A DNA stretch of 63,971 nucleotides, counting the filler, from Bigelowiella natans CCMP2755 (taxonomy: Eukaryota > Protista > Cercozoa), in assembly GCA_000320545.1 (NCBI GenBank). It is 6 parts of 6 records of this genome, joined end to end, with 100 filler letters (N's around TTAATTAATTAA, not from the genome) between each part and the next. Parts side by side here need not be neighbours in the genome. Positions count along the whole stretch, not along the records: positions 1 to 16,684 come from ADNK01001339.1; 5 more parts are not named here. One strand, written 5' to 3'. Positions 1 through 13,598 of this stretch are shown here, one piece after another (positions within the stretch are counted from its first letter, which is position 1; every line of letters begins with the position of its first letter). Under the pieces are notes generated by a model. It had not been told where the DNA came from and searched no databases. It worked only from the letters and a program-made list of their open reading frames with translations. A program made the position numbers and the translations under genes.

Positions 1-359
1 TGGGGCGGAAAAGGATTAAACCTTCCCCTTGGAGGGGAAAGGCTTCTTGGGACCCCAGGTGGGCGGGATTTCAGCTTCGGGTAGCACCAAAAGCAGCCGG
101 TTGTTAACACCCTGGATGATGGGTAGTTTTTTTAATATAACGGTCATGGGGAAAAGGTTGGGGGTTTGGGGGGGGGGAGTGGAAAGAAGAGCGAACAAAG
201 AGGGTATTTTGCGAGCTGTTCAGCCATTCTTCGTCTATGTGTGAAAAGGGGCGGGTCAATATCATCGGTGTATTTGCACCCGCTCATCATCATCACCATC
301 ATTTTCATCATAATCATTACTATTTCAACCATATAATAAACTAATGCATTCACGTCACA

Positions 360-425
<66 letters not shown>

Positions 426-426
426 G

Positions 427-1966
427 CTTCTTCTTCTGCCGTTCGCGAAGATAACGTGGGTTTCTTCCCCGAGGATGAAGAGACTGGAGGTGCTGATCAC
501 ACACACAAACACAAACACACACACACACACACACACCCACATACTAGCAACCGTGTAGATCCACGCATATCCTGATGTTTACTATTACATGCATGCCTCA
601 CCTCCCTGGCCTGGTCAGGCGAGCAAGGCTTCGACGTAGTGTTCCACACAGAGGACGGGGACAAACGCCAGGCTATCAGCTTTGGAGGGAGGAATAACAA
701 CGTCAAGGCCCCAGCGGGAAGGTCTTCCGAGATTCTGATCCCGCGGGACGTTTTCGTCCATAAAGTCGTCGTCTTCGAGGAGTCGCCCTTGCGAAAGCTG
801 CGCGGCGTCGCCATCCATCTAAGCGACGGGAGGGAGGAGCGGTTCACTGACGAAGACCTCCAGCCGAACTGCCACGCCCTCGTGTTCGAAGCCAACTACG
901 GGTGATGATACTGCATTTATCGTGTATTTATGAAGAAATTCTTCGCTAAAACCACGCTGCTACTTCGTACTTCGCCCCCCCCCCCCTTCGCCTCATTCCA
1001 GATATCAGATCATCGGGTTGAAGGGCAGCAATGGCCATGTACATGGGGTCATCGAGAGCAAGCTTCCCTCTCAGTATTGGAGCTGGTACATGCGTCGTCG
1101 GCTTTCCTTTCACATAGTGACTCCCGATCAGGCTGAGTATTCTCTCCTGAAGAGCAGCATTTGCGACGCCCCCGCCGACTCCGAGGCCGACGGATTCGTC
1201 GCTTTGTTCGTCAAACCTGGCATTAGATTCTTGCTGCGCAAAATGAAGGATGCAGGCGTTGGCGGTGCCAGCATCGACGGATCATCCTCCTCATCTTCAT
1301 CATCCTCACCGGTGCTGACGGGCAGTAGAATCACCAGCAGCAAGCTAGCAGCATTTGTCAGAGCATGGGAGCAGAGAAGCCTCCAGCCGTCCCTGCGTAC
1401 CGAGCAGAAGGGAGACCCGACGGAGGACGAGTACTACTCTGCCTACGACAGGGTTGGCGTGAGGAAGGCGACCAACGAGGACCTGCAGGCCCTGATAAAG
1501 CGGCACAATTGCGTCATCATCGGCTACACGAACGAGTGCAGGGAGGAGGTGATGAAGGCGCTGCAGAGCCTGGCCTCTCTCCTCACCAAATTGCCGCGTA
1601 GCTCCGAAGCCGCGCATGTCCGTGTGATAGGCGTCGACCTAGATAGGAACGACGCTAACCCTCTCATCTTTGACCAGCCGCACTCCAAAGCCCCGCATGC
1701 CGTCTGGGTGGCGCGGAAGAGCACGAGCGTCTATTTTCGCGGATTTCCAGGCTGGGACGAGGAGGAGGCGAGAGGCCATGTCCCGCAGTTCTACTGGGAG
1801 AAACATCTAGACCTACAGCGCCACCCGCCAAGAAACTCGCCCCTCCCTCTCGTCGGCCTGCCCGGGGGGATGGCCTTCTCGATCGTCAAGGAACTTATGC
1901 ATGAGAAGCTCAAGGACAAGGTAAGTGGCGATTCGCCACTGTGTGTGTGTGTGTGTGTGTGTGTTT

Positions 1967-2012
<46 letters not shown>

Positions 2013-2439
2013 AGGGTAGCTTATTACCGCGTAGCGTTTGTACCCGATTTGATTCATTTGGTATGTTGACCTGTGATTTCTCACTCACTCACACATTTAG
2101 AAGCTTTTCGATCGACTGGGCGCGGAGCTGCTTCGACGGGCCCTTCGAAGCCAGCTGGGCGTGCTGCACTCGCAGTGCGCATTCGGTAGTCGCAGAAGAA
2201 GAAGCAGCAGCAGCAACAACAAAAGGGGCAAGTACGGGAAGAATATTCCAATCAGCCGCAAGTGGGGGTACAAGGACCTGCGCATTACCGCGACGCACAT
2301 CATGGTGGATTCGCAGATATTTGCCGACGACGAGAGAATTGTGGCGGTGGCTGTGGGCGTCTCGAATCTTAAAATAGAGCAGCTACCGCATGTCCGGCAG
2401 GCGCTGCGGGAATTGGACACCCTCCCCATGTTCAGTGAG
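427..2439 (+). CDS. 5' exons of a large multi-exon gene (start upstream of the window), including a thioredoxin/PDI-like segment with no CxxC; probably continuous with 3231-9191
   Basis: AG/GT-bounded coding-like segments at ~427-489, 548-901, ~1009-1920 (donor GTAAGT at 1921) and 2101-2439. The segment CVIIGYTNECREEVMKALQSLA...VRVIGVDLDRNDANP resembles a PDI-type thioredoxin fold (recognised by eye). Confidence 0.5.
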
Positions 2440-3165
2440 GTCTCGATATACATTTGCTGTTGTTGATGTTGGTGGTGGTGGTGGTGATGACGATGATGAT
2501 GATTATGAGTAGTATAATGGCGGTGGCGGAAATGGTGGTGGTTGTGAGTCGAGAGCATGAAGCGGCACGATGGGGTTGAGAGCTTCCACGTCCAGCCAAA
2601 CAAAAAAACTATTTCCGGCGATGGAACTTGTGCTCAATTTGAACCGCATCTTACGTCCCTTTACTTTGCGTCCCCTCTGCCCCCCCCCCCAATGCCTACT
2701 AGTATTGCAGGGCTGAAGCGCTAAGCCCAGACGTCGATCAAAAGGGCGGTGAAATTGTGTGGAATGTCGTACATGCGAATAGAAGAATGGAGTCGTTCTC
2801 ACGTTTTGATAGCGACACAGAGATTCTCTGCGACGGGCGAGTCTCCAGGAGTCGATGCAAGTGGAGCCTATCCGAGTTCCACCAATCGCTCAGCTGGAGG
2901 AGGAGGGGGAGGGGGAACGCGGAAGTTGGCGAGGAGGAGATGAAGCAGGAGACGAAAGACGGTACTATGAAACTAGTAGGTCTCCCAGAGGATTGTAAGC
3001 TGGTGAGGTGTAATAGGGGGAAGGAGAATGTATGCAGAGGTCAATTTTGTGCGAGAGGATAGTGGCGATGATGATGATGATGAGGAGGAGGAGGAGGAGG
3101 AATATAAAATGGTCACGATAGCTACGATGTATTGTAGATTGTAGACAGTGACAACAAGTAACCAC

Positions 3166-3211
<46 letters not shown>

Positions 3212-3230
3212 GCCGGCTATTGTTCTTTAG

Positions 3231-5527
3231 GAACGTTGTACGCAGCCAGGCGAGTTGTCCTCTCGCCCCCTCGGGTCTTTCGAGGCAGTCATCGAAGCCC
3301 CCTAAGTCGGGGAAGGAGTCCTCAAGGGGGGGGGGGGAGCCCGAGAAAGACTTACTACAACCCGTTTGTATCCCCAACGAAGAGGAAGGAGGGGCTCCTC
3401 CTCGGGAGAAAGAACGACAGCAAGTACGGCCGCCTGGACAGCAGCCAGATGCTCAGCTCCCCACAAGGCGGCAAAGGCTCGCGGATCAAGGACATGTTCG
3501 TTGGAGATGTCCTCCAGAACCGCGACATGGTCTACGTCGAATTCGAGCTGGAACCCGGCCTCCACACGCAGGCGCAGATAGAGCTGTACCCGAGGGTCAA
3601 GGCTGCGAAATCGGTTTTCGTCAAGATCCTGTACGTCGACGATAGGGATGGGATGGGCGTGCAGCAGAGCATGTGCGGTGGCGGCTGCTACAGCAGCAGT
3701 CTCTGCCTCGGAAGGAAGGCCTCGGGCGCTAACGGGTACGTGCGGGTGATTGGCCTTGATGGCCGGTTGGGAAGGAAAAACGAAGATGTGCTCCTGCAGC
3801 ACGACGTTGACTTAGGAACGTTAGACCCACTCGAGTACGTCGATAGCCCCCTTCTGGGCTCCAAAGCCTGGCGCCATCCTCGTGAGGTGGAAGGGGGGTC
3901 ATCAGCCGCAGCTGCTGCGGGTAGTAAGGTGTCGTTGGCTGCTGCTGCGGCTCTCGCTGCAACGGACAGTATCCCAATAGACGCTGCGCCGAGGATGTTC
4001 GGCATGCTGTCCAAGTCCTTCCGCGCCAGCGTGTTCCAAAAGAGACCGACGCCGCGCATTTGCATCCTAAAGATGGGCCGGGAGTACAGCAGGACGTCGC
4101 GAGCGGCGGAGGACCTCGCTGTCTTTCAGCACCTCTCAAACGCCCCTGCCAAACTGCCTCCTGTCTTCCTCGTCGATGTTACGGAGGACCGCGCTGCCCA
4201 TGGCGTCGACGGGGACAAATCGGTGTTCCAGATCATCTCCAACGGGCAGCTCTTTCAGATGGACGGCGACGTGTGCGAGGAGGCAAAAGTGCGGGACTTC
4301 ATGCACCTCTCCACGCTCGGAGGGGAGAAAAAACACGATCAGCGGTACGGGACGTACAACCTCAGCTACCGGGATGCGGAGAACAAGCTGGGAAGGATCG
4401 ACCTCCACCAGGTGCTGCTCATCTTCAACAAGAACGACGCGAGCCGCTACACCAAGAGCATGCTGCTGAGAGTGGCGAAGCTGTTCAAAGACGTCCCGTC
4501 GGTGGGCTTCTACACCCTCGACGCCGATCTGAACGATGTGCCCGAGAAAGCCATGGACCTCTTGCTAGGCATCCCCCCCTACCTGATCCTGTTTCCGCTA
4601 GGAAACGAGCCGGTGAGCTACAGTGTGCACGGGAGGGGGGTGAGGACCAGCCTTTCTGAGGAGGAGATGATCATTGACTGGATAGTCGCTAATGCACCCA
4701 ACGTCGATAAGAACGACATTAGGCAAGCAACCCTCGGGCCATCGATGGGCCCAGCAGTAGTAGCAGTAGGAAGAAGGAGAGGGGGAGAAGGAGAAGGCGA
4801 GGGTAACGATAACAAACATCATCTCCCTCCAACCCTGCATCGTCATCATCATCATGATGATGATGATGATGATGCTCAAGACGCAAAAAACGATGCGGAG
4901 TTCGTGCAGCTGGCCACGTTTGACATTACACGGCTTCGGTTCTGCCACTGGCTCATGAACTACTGCTACGCGGACGTCTGGGGAAGGCGCTCCACTCAGT
5001 TAGACGACCGCAACATCCGCAGGCTGCTTCGCAGCAACGAGGCCATAATCGCCATGAGCAATGTGGCTCGGAGCTTGGACGTGGAGCGCAGGAACTTCCT
5101 GGGATATAACGAGATCTGCGGCGGGCTTGTGCTGCTGATTCGCGCCTTCGTTCTCCCCATCGTCATCGACGGGGACCGCGCAGTGAACACGTCGTTCGTC
5201 AGGCGCGTCGTCTTTAAGTCCACGTACACCAGGAAGCAGCAGATCAGTGAGACTCTGAAGAAACTCATCGAGAGGGTTGTGCATTGGTACCTGCACGATA
5301 ATGATATTCAGCGAGCAGTGGGCGTGATGGTGAGCGAGGAGGATGCGACGCTGCCCTTCAGCCCGAAGCAAGCCCCGCTGCTGCTAGGCCTTCTGTACGT
5401 GGTGCTGCAGCACATCCAACACGACGAAGAGGACAACCTTTTCCGCTGGGTCAAGAAGCGAGACGGATCCGATAGGTATTGATGGAGAGAAGGGCGGCTC
5501 GATGTGAGTGTGTGAGCGTGTATGTGT

Positions 5528-5566
<39 letters not shown>

Positions 5567-8516
5567 TGGTAGTGGTGATGCTGACATATTACAGACCTCA
5601 CAACAATATATCGAGGTGGCCATGGAGCCTTCTTTGTTATCCCTTTGCCAATGATGACTTTTTATACATCGCCAACCAGGCGACTCGTGGAAGATCTGCG
5701 TAAAAGGCTGATGGAGCTCCAAGAGCCGGATGGAGATGGCTTCCAAGAGTCCAGCAGCCTTGTCGGCCTCATCGCGCAGTTTACACTGATCCTGATATCA
5801 CCCTTCGTCATGCCCATACTGCTGCTGCTCAAGCTGTACGGAGACGCCCCTCCGCTGTATGAGGAGCCGTACCAACACGCGCTTGTACTGCTGATATACA
5901 CGACCCCGGTCATCACCATTGGCTACGGCACGCTGCTCAATGTCGTCGCCTACTCCAACATCGAGAACGACGATACGCAGATCACGCCGATCGAGGGCTG
6001 GGGGCCGCTGCTCACGATCTACGTGCTGTACTTCATCTCAACGTCGACGTACTTGGAAGGGATATCCGACTCGTTCGGCATCCTGAAAGCGCTCAGCGTG
6101 AAGGTGGATGTTGTGATCTAGGTTGTGATGGTGTGCTTGAGGGAGTAAGAACGGCCTGCTTCGTTTCACCGTTGTTGTCCTCTTGTTGCTAATGTTATCC
6201 CCCGTGATCTGCTGCTGCATGTAGTCATTGAGAGCCTTCGCAGTATAAGTCGCCTAATCATCCCATATTGAAAGACATAGGGAATGAGCCCATTCGTCAA
6301 TCGAACCTCACAGCGCAACCCCCCCCTCCCCCCTCTTCTCCCCGCCGCGTATGAAAACCCCGCATCATCAGACTCGCGACGATTTCAGCGAGCAGAACAT
6401 CATCAACACCGTGAGCCTGTTTCGCCAAGATCTGACAGTGGAGGAGCATCGCTCAGAGGAGGGGGAGGCCAACAACCTGCGCTCTATAACCGCTGTCGTA
6501 AAGCAGTTCAAAACCGAGACCGAGGACAGTTGGAAGAAATCGCGCGACGCGGGCGACATCTGCACGCAGCTCTTTCTCAGCAGCAACGACGAGGACAACT
6601 GGAAGGCTGAGTTGTTCTCTTGGGTGATTCCGTACCTCATTGCGCTTGTGATTGCCTTCCTGCCCGGCCTCTTGCGGCTGGCATTCGGTGAGGACTTTCT
6701 CGACGAGGCGGAGCAGATCACGGAGGAGAGCGCGGACGGGCAGTTTGGGACGCAGAGGGCCGAGCGATTCGTCGCGCTATTTTACCTTGCGTCCATGTGC
6801 ATAATCGTCACGCTGCTGATGCTGAAGATCAACTCCTGGATCAGCGCTGCTGCCCTTGCTCTGTGAGAGATGATGATGCTCAAAACATTGACCTTACCCA
6901 TATCCTTCTTCTCGACTTCTGAGCACCATCGTTAGCCTGTGACATTCAACATATATTTCGAAATGCGAGAGTGCGTTGTCATCATTGATGGTCTTGGCGG
7001 AAGGGCGTCGGCCGCCCTTAACAGCAATTCAAGTCTTCCTCTCCTTCGTCCCATCCTCTCAGGTACCAGTATGATGCGATTTCGAATCTGGGAAACGCGT
7101 ACCGTAGCGAATCCTTCGGTCTGAGCTTCCACGTACCTCTTGTGACTCCGGATAACCTCATGGGCTGGATGATGGTGTCAAAGATGAAGAAGAAAAAGAA
7201 GAAGAATAGGGGGGGGGGGGCGCAATATAGTTATTTCGATATCAAAGGCAGAGGCACGAGGAAATGCAGTTTATCCTTTGCCTCTGTCTTGCATTTTTGC
7301 CACTAACCGACCTCATTTTGAGGGTGGCGACGTTTTTTAGCCTTTGCCGACCTCCTAGTTAATTGCTAAATTTGCTGTTATGTTATACCATGACCATTGC
7401 CACCGTCACTATCACCACCACCACCATCATCTGCAGACATCATCATCATCATCACCATATTTCTCACCAGGTACGGAGGGAACTGTATAGAACCATCAGC
7501 GATAACCTGAATGAGATCTTCCGCATAGAGGTCCTCATCAGCCCGCTCGTGCTAATCACGATGATTCTCGCCATCGCCATATTCGTCAATGCCGTTGCCG
7601 GAGAAGCATTCGGGATCTTTAACATCATCGGTACGATGACGTGTATTGTGCTCTCAACTTAGGAGACCGCACACACACGCACACGCACGTTTAGTTTATA
7701 GATAAACACAGACGATGTGGGGGGGGCGGGGGGGGGGGGCAGACGCAATAAGACACTCATTAGCTGTCTTCCTTCTTCGCCCTCCTCCCTCTTCTCCGCC
7801 TTCTCTTTTCTTTTACTTCCGCCCACACTTATACCCGCTGCACAGGGTTCGTCCTTCTGGTGCTCCTCTCCCTCTATGTGTGCGGCATTCTCTTCATCAC
7901 AGCCTACGCCAACTACGTAAGGAGAGGGCCGATCAGCTACTTTTTAGCCCTGCCAACATTCTTTCCTCGCAAAATAGATCCGACGCGCAATATCATCTAG
8001 ACTATTAAGCGGTTGTTCATTCGAAGTATTCTTATATGGGAATCAAGGGATATTTCCAAAGCACAAATGACTGCCCCCTCCCCCCCCCCCCCACCTCCCT
8101 CGTCTATCCCTTCTTGTTTGTTATCGTCGTCGCGCCGTTGCCGCTGCTGTTTCCTGAACGATATACAACCATCATATATTAGATCCTCAACGACCAAGTC
8201 ATCATGGCACTCAATGCGCAGAAATACAACATCACCAACGGGGTTTGCTGTTTGCTGTTTGCTGCTTGCGCTCGTGTATGAATGAGAGCATAATGAGCTT
8301 TGGCGCGAATGCGTGCGGTTCCGACAAAAGAAAAGAGATCAGAGAGAGAATGTTCTTTCCAAGATCTTCTGTCTTGTTATGCAGGAAGCCCGCTTTGTTT
8401 GCGATGGCCGAATTTGTGTCTCCTCACCACTTCTATGAGAATCAACAACCCACCATGCATTGTGAGGATGATGATCTATATATATTTTTTAATACCACCA
8501 TCAATCCATCATCATT

Positions 8517-8550
<34 letters not shown>

Positions 8551-9191
8551 CCCAAAGGAATGGCAGGGAGCAAAGCAGAGAAAGGGAGTAAACGGGGAAT
8601 GTAGCAACAAGCAGAAGAACAAAAAGAAGAGGAGGAGCATAAGCAACAACAACAACAACAAGAAGAAGAAGAAGAAGTACGGTGATGTCGGGGTTGGCAG
8701 GGAGAGCAGCGAGGTCAAAAGCTCAGAAGCGCTGGTGCACTTTGGCCATGCGCCATTGGACGTGGTGAGTGTAAAAAGAAGAAGAAGACGACGACGACGG
8801 TGAAGAAGAAGAAGAAAAAGAAGACAAAGAAAGAGTTGAAAACAAGTGACGGTATCATGAGTAGTCTTTTATTATGCTCTTCCTGTATTGAAAGGACATG
8901 CTGGCCGCCATGGAGATGATGATAGATAGCGCAAACGAAAGGATCAAGAACAGCGACGACGAAGGCCTCTATATCAAGGTGCAAATTTGGTGATGTTACC
9001 CCCCCCCCCCCCTCGCGCCTTCTTCAAAGCCCACTGCTATGTCGCTATTCATCTACGGTGTGTGAAGTTTTTCTGAATGTGCATCAATGAAGGTTTTTGG
9101 GTTCGAAATCACTTTTGGGGTGCTGGCGGCGGTGGCGTCGGCCCTCGCTACTGCCATCTCAGCTGGCATCGCCGAATTCACTCAACAATGA
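3231..9191 (+). CDS. Multi-exon protein: soluble region with a redox-inactive thioredoxin/PDI-like domain, then a multi-pass membrane domain resembling PHTF / seven-TM ion channel (7TMIC, gustatory-receptor-like) proteins
   Basis: The long exon 3231-5475 has VLLIFNKN...VAKLFKDVPSVGFYTLDADLNDVP...IPPYLILFP...IIDWIVANA. Later exons (~5595-6102, ~6350-6860, 7063-7174, 7471-7631, ~7845-7916, ~8183-8240, ~8700-8765, ~8896-8978, 9093-9191) give TM helices, FHVPLVTPDNLMGWMM|VRRELY and the C-terminus LYIK|VFGFEITFGVLAAVASALATAISAGIAEFTQQ* (TGA 9189-9191). Several boundaries are approximate. Confidence 0.6.
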
Positions 9192-9897
9192 GAGCAGGCT
9201 GGTCCCATTGACAAGGCGGAGCAGAGAACGAATTGTCTTGCGTAGTTGCATCTGCGATCGACGTCGTAGCCGAGGAGTGGCATGGTGCATCTTCCGGATG
9301 TCCCCCTAAGTCTCACGTGCTTATTACATTGGTGGAGCAGCAATATCTGCAATGAAAATAACTGTGATCGACTCAAGAATCAATAACAAAAGGAAACAAC
9401 TGCTGTACGTATGATGTAAGACGGATATAATCAATCAAATTAAATTTGTTCAATGGTAACATGTGGATGTTGGTATCGTATAACTAATCCCTGTTGTTGA
9501 GAAGCTTGACTACTGAAGCGGCAAACTTCGCTTTACGCATGGCACATGTGACTCATGACTATTGCATGTCTATCATGACTGCGCCTCTTATCAACAGGTT
9601 GTCTGCGCTTGCTGCACGGAGCATGCACGCTCAACTATCTGGTTGTGCTACATGTGTCTATTTGTCTAGCATTGACATACGCATGCTACGGCTCATTATC
9701 CATGATGCGAAACATCCTCACGTACACGATTACACTCAAGTGTGCAGCATGCATATTTCTTGCAACAAATTTAAGTTCTACATGTTCAGACAGCCTACCA
9801 TTGCATCGCTATCGCTCAACGAGGGCACGAAACTAATATCTAGCCGTCTAATAATTTTCAGAAATGGAAATAGCACATCTAGACACACTGTCTTCCT

Positions 9898-11678
9898 TTA
9901 ATCTATGACCATACTCTTTCCCACCACGCTCCGATTTCTATCCCCGCGGTCCATTTGTAGGTACATGTCGTCATCTTTGTTGCGCAGCGTGTACCAAAGA
10001 CAGCCTTTACAATAGTAGCAGGTAAGTGCAACAATGATCGCGACTAGTGCTCCAATGACACCGAAAACAATGCCTGTGAAGGGGGGATACACAGTAATGA
10101 ATCGATTCGAAGCTGCAGCCAAGGAAACATGCAAACATGTGAGGGGCAAACATTTCGTTTATGCTGTATTGCCATTCAAACGGTCAAACCAACCAACCAA
10201 CCGACCGCACACACCAAAGGTACATGTATTGATATATCGTGCAAATTAATCTTTAATATTTTAAGTGATGTGTGTATGTGCGTGCATGCGTGCGTGTGTG
10301 TGTGTTTGTGTGTGTTGAGTACAGCCGTGCATGCGTGCGTGTGGTGGTGTGTTTGTGTGAACATAGAAAGCACATGTACTTTCGTAAGTGACAGATTCAA
10401 TTCATACAATCTAGTTGAAAACTACCTGCAACTTCTCCTCCGTCCATATCGTCTTTATCACTCGATCCTCCTGGAGTTGGAGGTGTTGTCGGGAGGGCAG
10501 TGGGAGAGTATGTATCGAGTACAATGGCTATACTGGATACTCTGGTCATCAGTGCCTACTCGAGGTGATGTGATCAGGAGAGGGATAGACGGTTAGTTTC
10601 GCCTGCCAGATGGTTTGTCAATGCTGCGTGTGCTTACTTCTACCCGACTGAATGATCATGCATGGAATGATGTGAGTAGTTTGCATCCGCGTGAGCGTGT
10701 GTTTGTTGTGTCCACGTGCGCGCGCGACCGTGTGTTCGTGTTTAGGTAAATACCGTTTCAACACACTCAGAATGAGCAAACATTGCACGGAAAGGGTAAG
10801 TATACCTGTGAAAGCTGATCCAATGAAGCTTGTTGAATTTCATCGTAGTTTTGCGGATAGGGAAGCCTGGCTCTCATGAGCACACTCCCAGCAAAGAAGT
10901 CGACCAGCAGCGACGACCTCGAAACCGGTCTTGCGGGTTTGTTGAGGAACGTGGCGAGATTTTCTACCAATCTTTGGGCGATGGTAGCATTGAAGCTGGA
11001 CGAGTCGCCGTAGTTCAGGTCACCCAACGTTATCTCGCAAACGCGTAGATTCTGTTGTGTTGGGCTATAAGAAGGAAGATGAGTCGGATAACGAGTTGGC
11101 GAGTATGTGTCCATGAACACTCGTACATTTGACACGCTTGTCATTAAAGCCTGACCATTGTTAATATTAAAATGAAAATATCATTAGTATTCTCATTGTG
11201 CAGTCAAGTCAACACCCCTGCCGCCCCTTCACCCCCCCCCCTCCCATCCCCATAACATGTCACTATAAAGCACCTGCGATAGCTGAGATAGAGAAGCTTG
11301 TTGCAATGAATCATACACAGAAGGGATCGTGCTGGTCACCTTCATCAGCACCCCAATACCACTGCCAACTGCGAAATAGTCAACGATCAGATCTGACCGT
11401 GAAACCTGTCTAGTCGAAGAATTGAGGAACATCGATAGGTCTTCGTGCAATCTCTGGGCGACGGTAGCATTGAAGCTGGACGAGTCACTGTAGTTCAGGT
11501 CACCCAACGTTATCTCGCAAACGCGTAGATTCTGTTGCGTTGGGCTAGAAGAAGGAAGATGAGTCGGATAACGGGTTGGGGAGATGGACGGGCTTGTTGT
11601 AACTGAACTCGACCGGGCCACACCAACCACCCCCAGGATTAGGATAATCGCTGATGTGGCTTTCGATCTTGCCACCAT
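9898..11678 (-). CDS. Type I single-pass membrane protein with a signal peptide, two tandem copies of a ~100-aa (SEA-like?) domain and PT-rich linkers
   Basis: Four exons with canonical splice sites in consistent frame: 11678-11275 (MVARSKATSAIILILGVVGVARS...), 11150-10806, 10555-10426 (ALMTRVSSIAIVLDTYSPTALPTTPP...) and 10073-9898 (TM IVFGVIGALVAIIVALTCYYC, tail ending KSMVID*). Confidence 0.8.
10980..11581. repeat. Intragenic direct repeat (~120 bp near-identical core, offset 480 bp) from exon duplication
   Basis: 10980-11101 and 11460-11581 share ggtagcattgaagctggacgagtc...cacccaacgttatctcgcaaacgcgtagattctgttg...gaaggaagatgagtcggataacg with few substitutions. Confidence 0.9.
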
Positions 11679-11929
11679 TTCACTACAAGCTATCTCACAT
11701 GCCATTGATGTGGCGAGGGGAAAGGAGACGTCACGGATCTACAGGTTGCTTAGGGGCTCTTAGCTCTAGTTAGATCTACGAGATCTAGACCAGTCTGAGA
11801 TGCTGTGGACAGGCGCATCTGAGCGTTACTTTTAGACTATTTTTATGCGACAAGGCCCAGATCATGTCGCAGCTATGAAAATAGCAACTATGAGTACGAG
11901 CGTTACTGCAACAAATGTTCACAATGACA

Positions 11930-12600
11930 GACGTTTAGTTCGTGCCAATTTTTGGATGAACCCCGCTAGATGCAAACGCCTGTCTCTCATGTGGTTCTGG
12001 CGCATGTAGATTTGATCAACGCTTTGTTCATTGTTCATTGTTCATTGTTCTAGTTTGCTAGTCAGTCATTCCAAAACATCATGAAATGTTTTGGGAATGT
12101 AGTCATCATCAAATTCAATTCAATTCAAAACTGTGCCATGTGTAGCCGCTCTTAGTTTTTTCTTCCTGACGCTGAGCTGTCAGAATTTGGACATGTTCTG
12201 ATTGCTCAAGACAATTGAAGGCTGTTAGCCTTCACTCACTTTCAACAGGGTGATGACAAGTCCTTGCAATGATGTTTGTTGAGGCTCTGCTGCGTGCACA
12301 TGCCTGTCTCCCATGTGGTTCTGGCGCATGTAGTTTTGATCAATGCTTTTTTCAATGTTCAATGTTCAATGTCCTCACTGAAGCCAGTTCGAGGCACTGC
12401 AAGTGTCTTGTCAGTGCTTTGGAAATGTGGTTTTTCATCATTGTTCTCATTGTTCTCATTGGTGGCTGGAGGTGTTGACATTTTGATTGCGCCTGCATGC
12501 CAGCCTGCAAAGCTAGAAAGCTCGTCACGCATGCACGCCACGCAAGCACGCTCGATCAAACCATTTAGACCATGCCATGCTAGCATGCCGTAGCTAACAG
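11930..12600. repeat. TpA-depleted degenerate repeat tract containing two copies of a ~60-bp unit followed by (TTCATTG)n/(TTCAATG)n
   Basis: gcctgtctctcatgtggttctggcgcatgtagatttgatcaacgc at ~11978 versus gcctgtctcccatgtggttctggcgcatgtagttttgatcaatgc at ~12302. Residual TA dinucleotides are in TAG or CTA context. Confidence 0.75.
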
Positions 12601-13019
12601 CCTAGACAGGATGTGAATGTGCAAGGTCTATCTCACAGAGAGCACTTGTGAGCAGTAGTGTGAGCTTCCACAAAGCTAATGATCAAGGTTTCACAGCGCA
12701 CATGACATGCGTAATGCGTGCATGTCGTACACACATGTATCCATGCTAGCATGCATGGCCATCCACACTGTGCCATCATCATCTCTAATTATCATCATCA
12801 TCATTGCTACCATGCAGGCATATAATAGACACATGCACGCACATACGGTGTTAGGATTATGGTCAATAACAGATGATGACGCAATGCATCTGCTGCCACT
12901 TTTTGCAATCCATGATAGACATGCACAGCGTATGCGCTTGCAAGCCGCGAGGTGATGAGTGCAAAAGTTGCATAAGTTAGTATCACGTTGCATTCTGACG
13001 ACCCCCCAGCAAAACAAAT

Positions 13020-13567
13020 CTACGATGTAGCCATCGTCGTTTGGTTGAGATCGGACCCGCTCTTAAGTTCGCCCAGAAATCTAAGCAATACTTCCTGCAA
13101 CACGTACTTCCCGCTTGCCCTATCCTCTGATCCTGTCCCATTATCCATGATCATCAGAATGTATTATTTGGTATTTTTCTTCACAAGAATGATGAATGAT
13201 GAGCAATAATGATGATGATGGTGATCATGAAAAAGTCACCGTGACTGTGACAAAATTTATATAACTTCCAGGACATTGAAATGATGCATATCAGGAAAGC
13301 GAATCGACAGGCTGAAATTACGATACAAAAAACTACCATTTAAGCACGCTGACAGCAACATATTTGCGTCTTCTGAAGTGGATAAGGGGTGCTGATGGCG
13401 GGAGTCTTTTTCTATCGTAATTTGGGGCTCTTCATCATCCTCGTCATGTGCCATCTTAACAGCGATATTGCCTTGCACCTCCTGGGCATTAAGATGATTT
13501 CGACGGCCCTAGAGATTTTTATTTCATAGGGTAGTACACATACACGCGCGCGTGAGCATGTGTGTAT

Positions 13568-13598
<31 letters not shown>

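Noticed and set aside
1-240. ORFs at the window start
   Set aside because: Homopolymer-rich, apparently low-quality contig-end sequence with no recognisable product.
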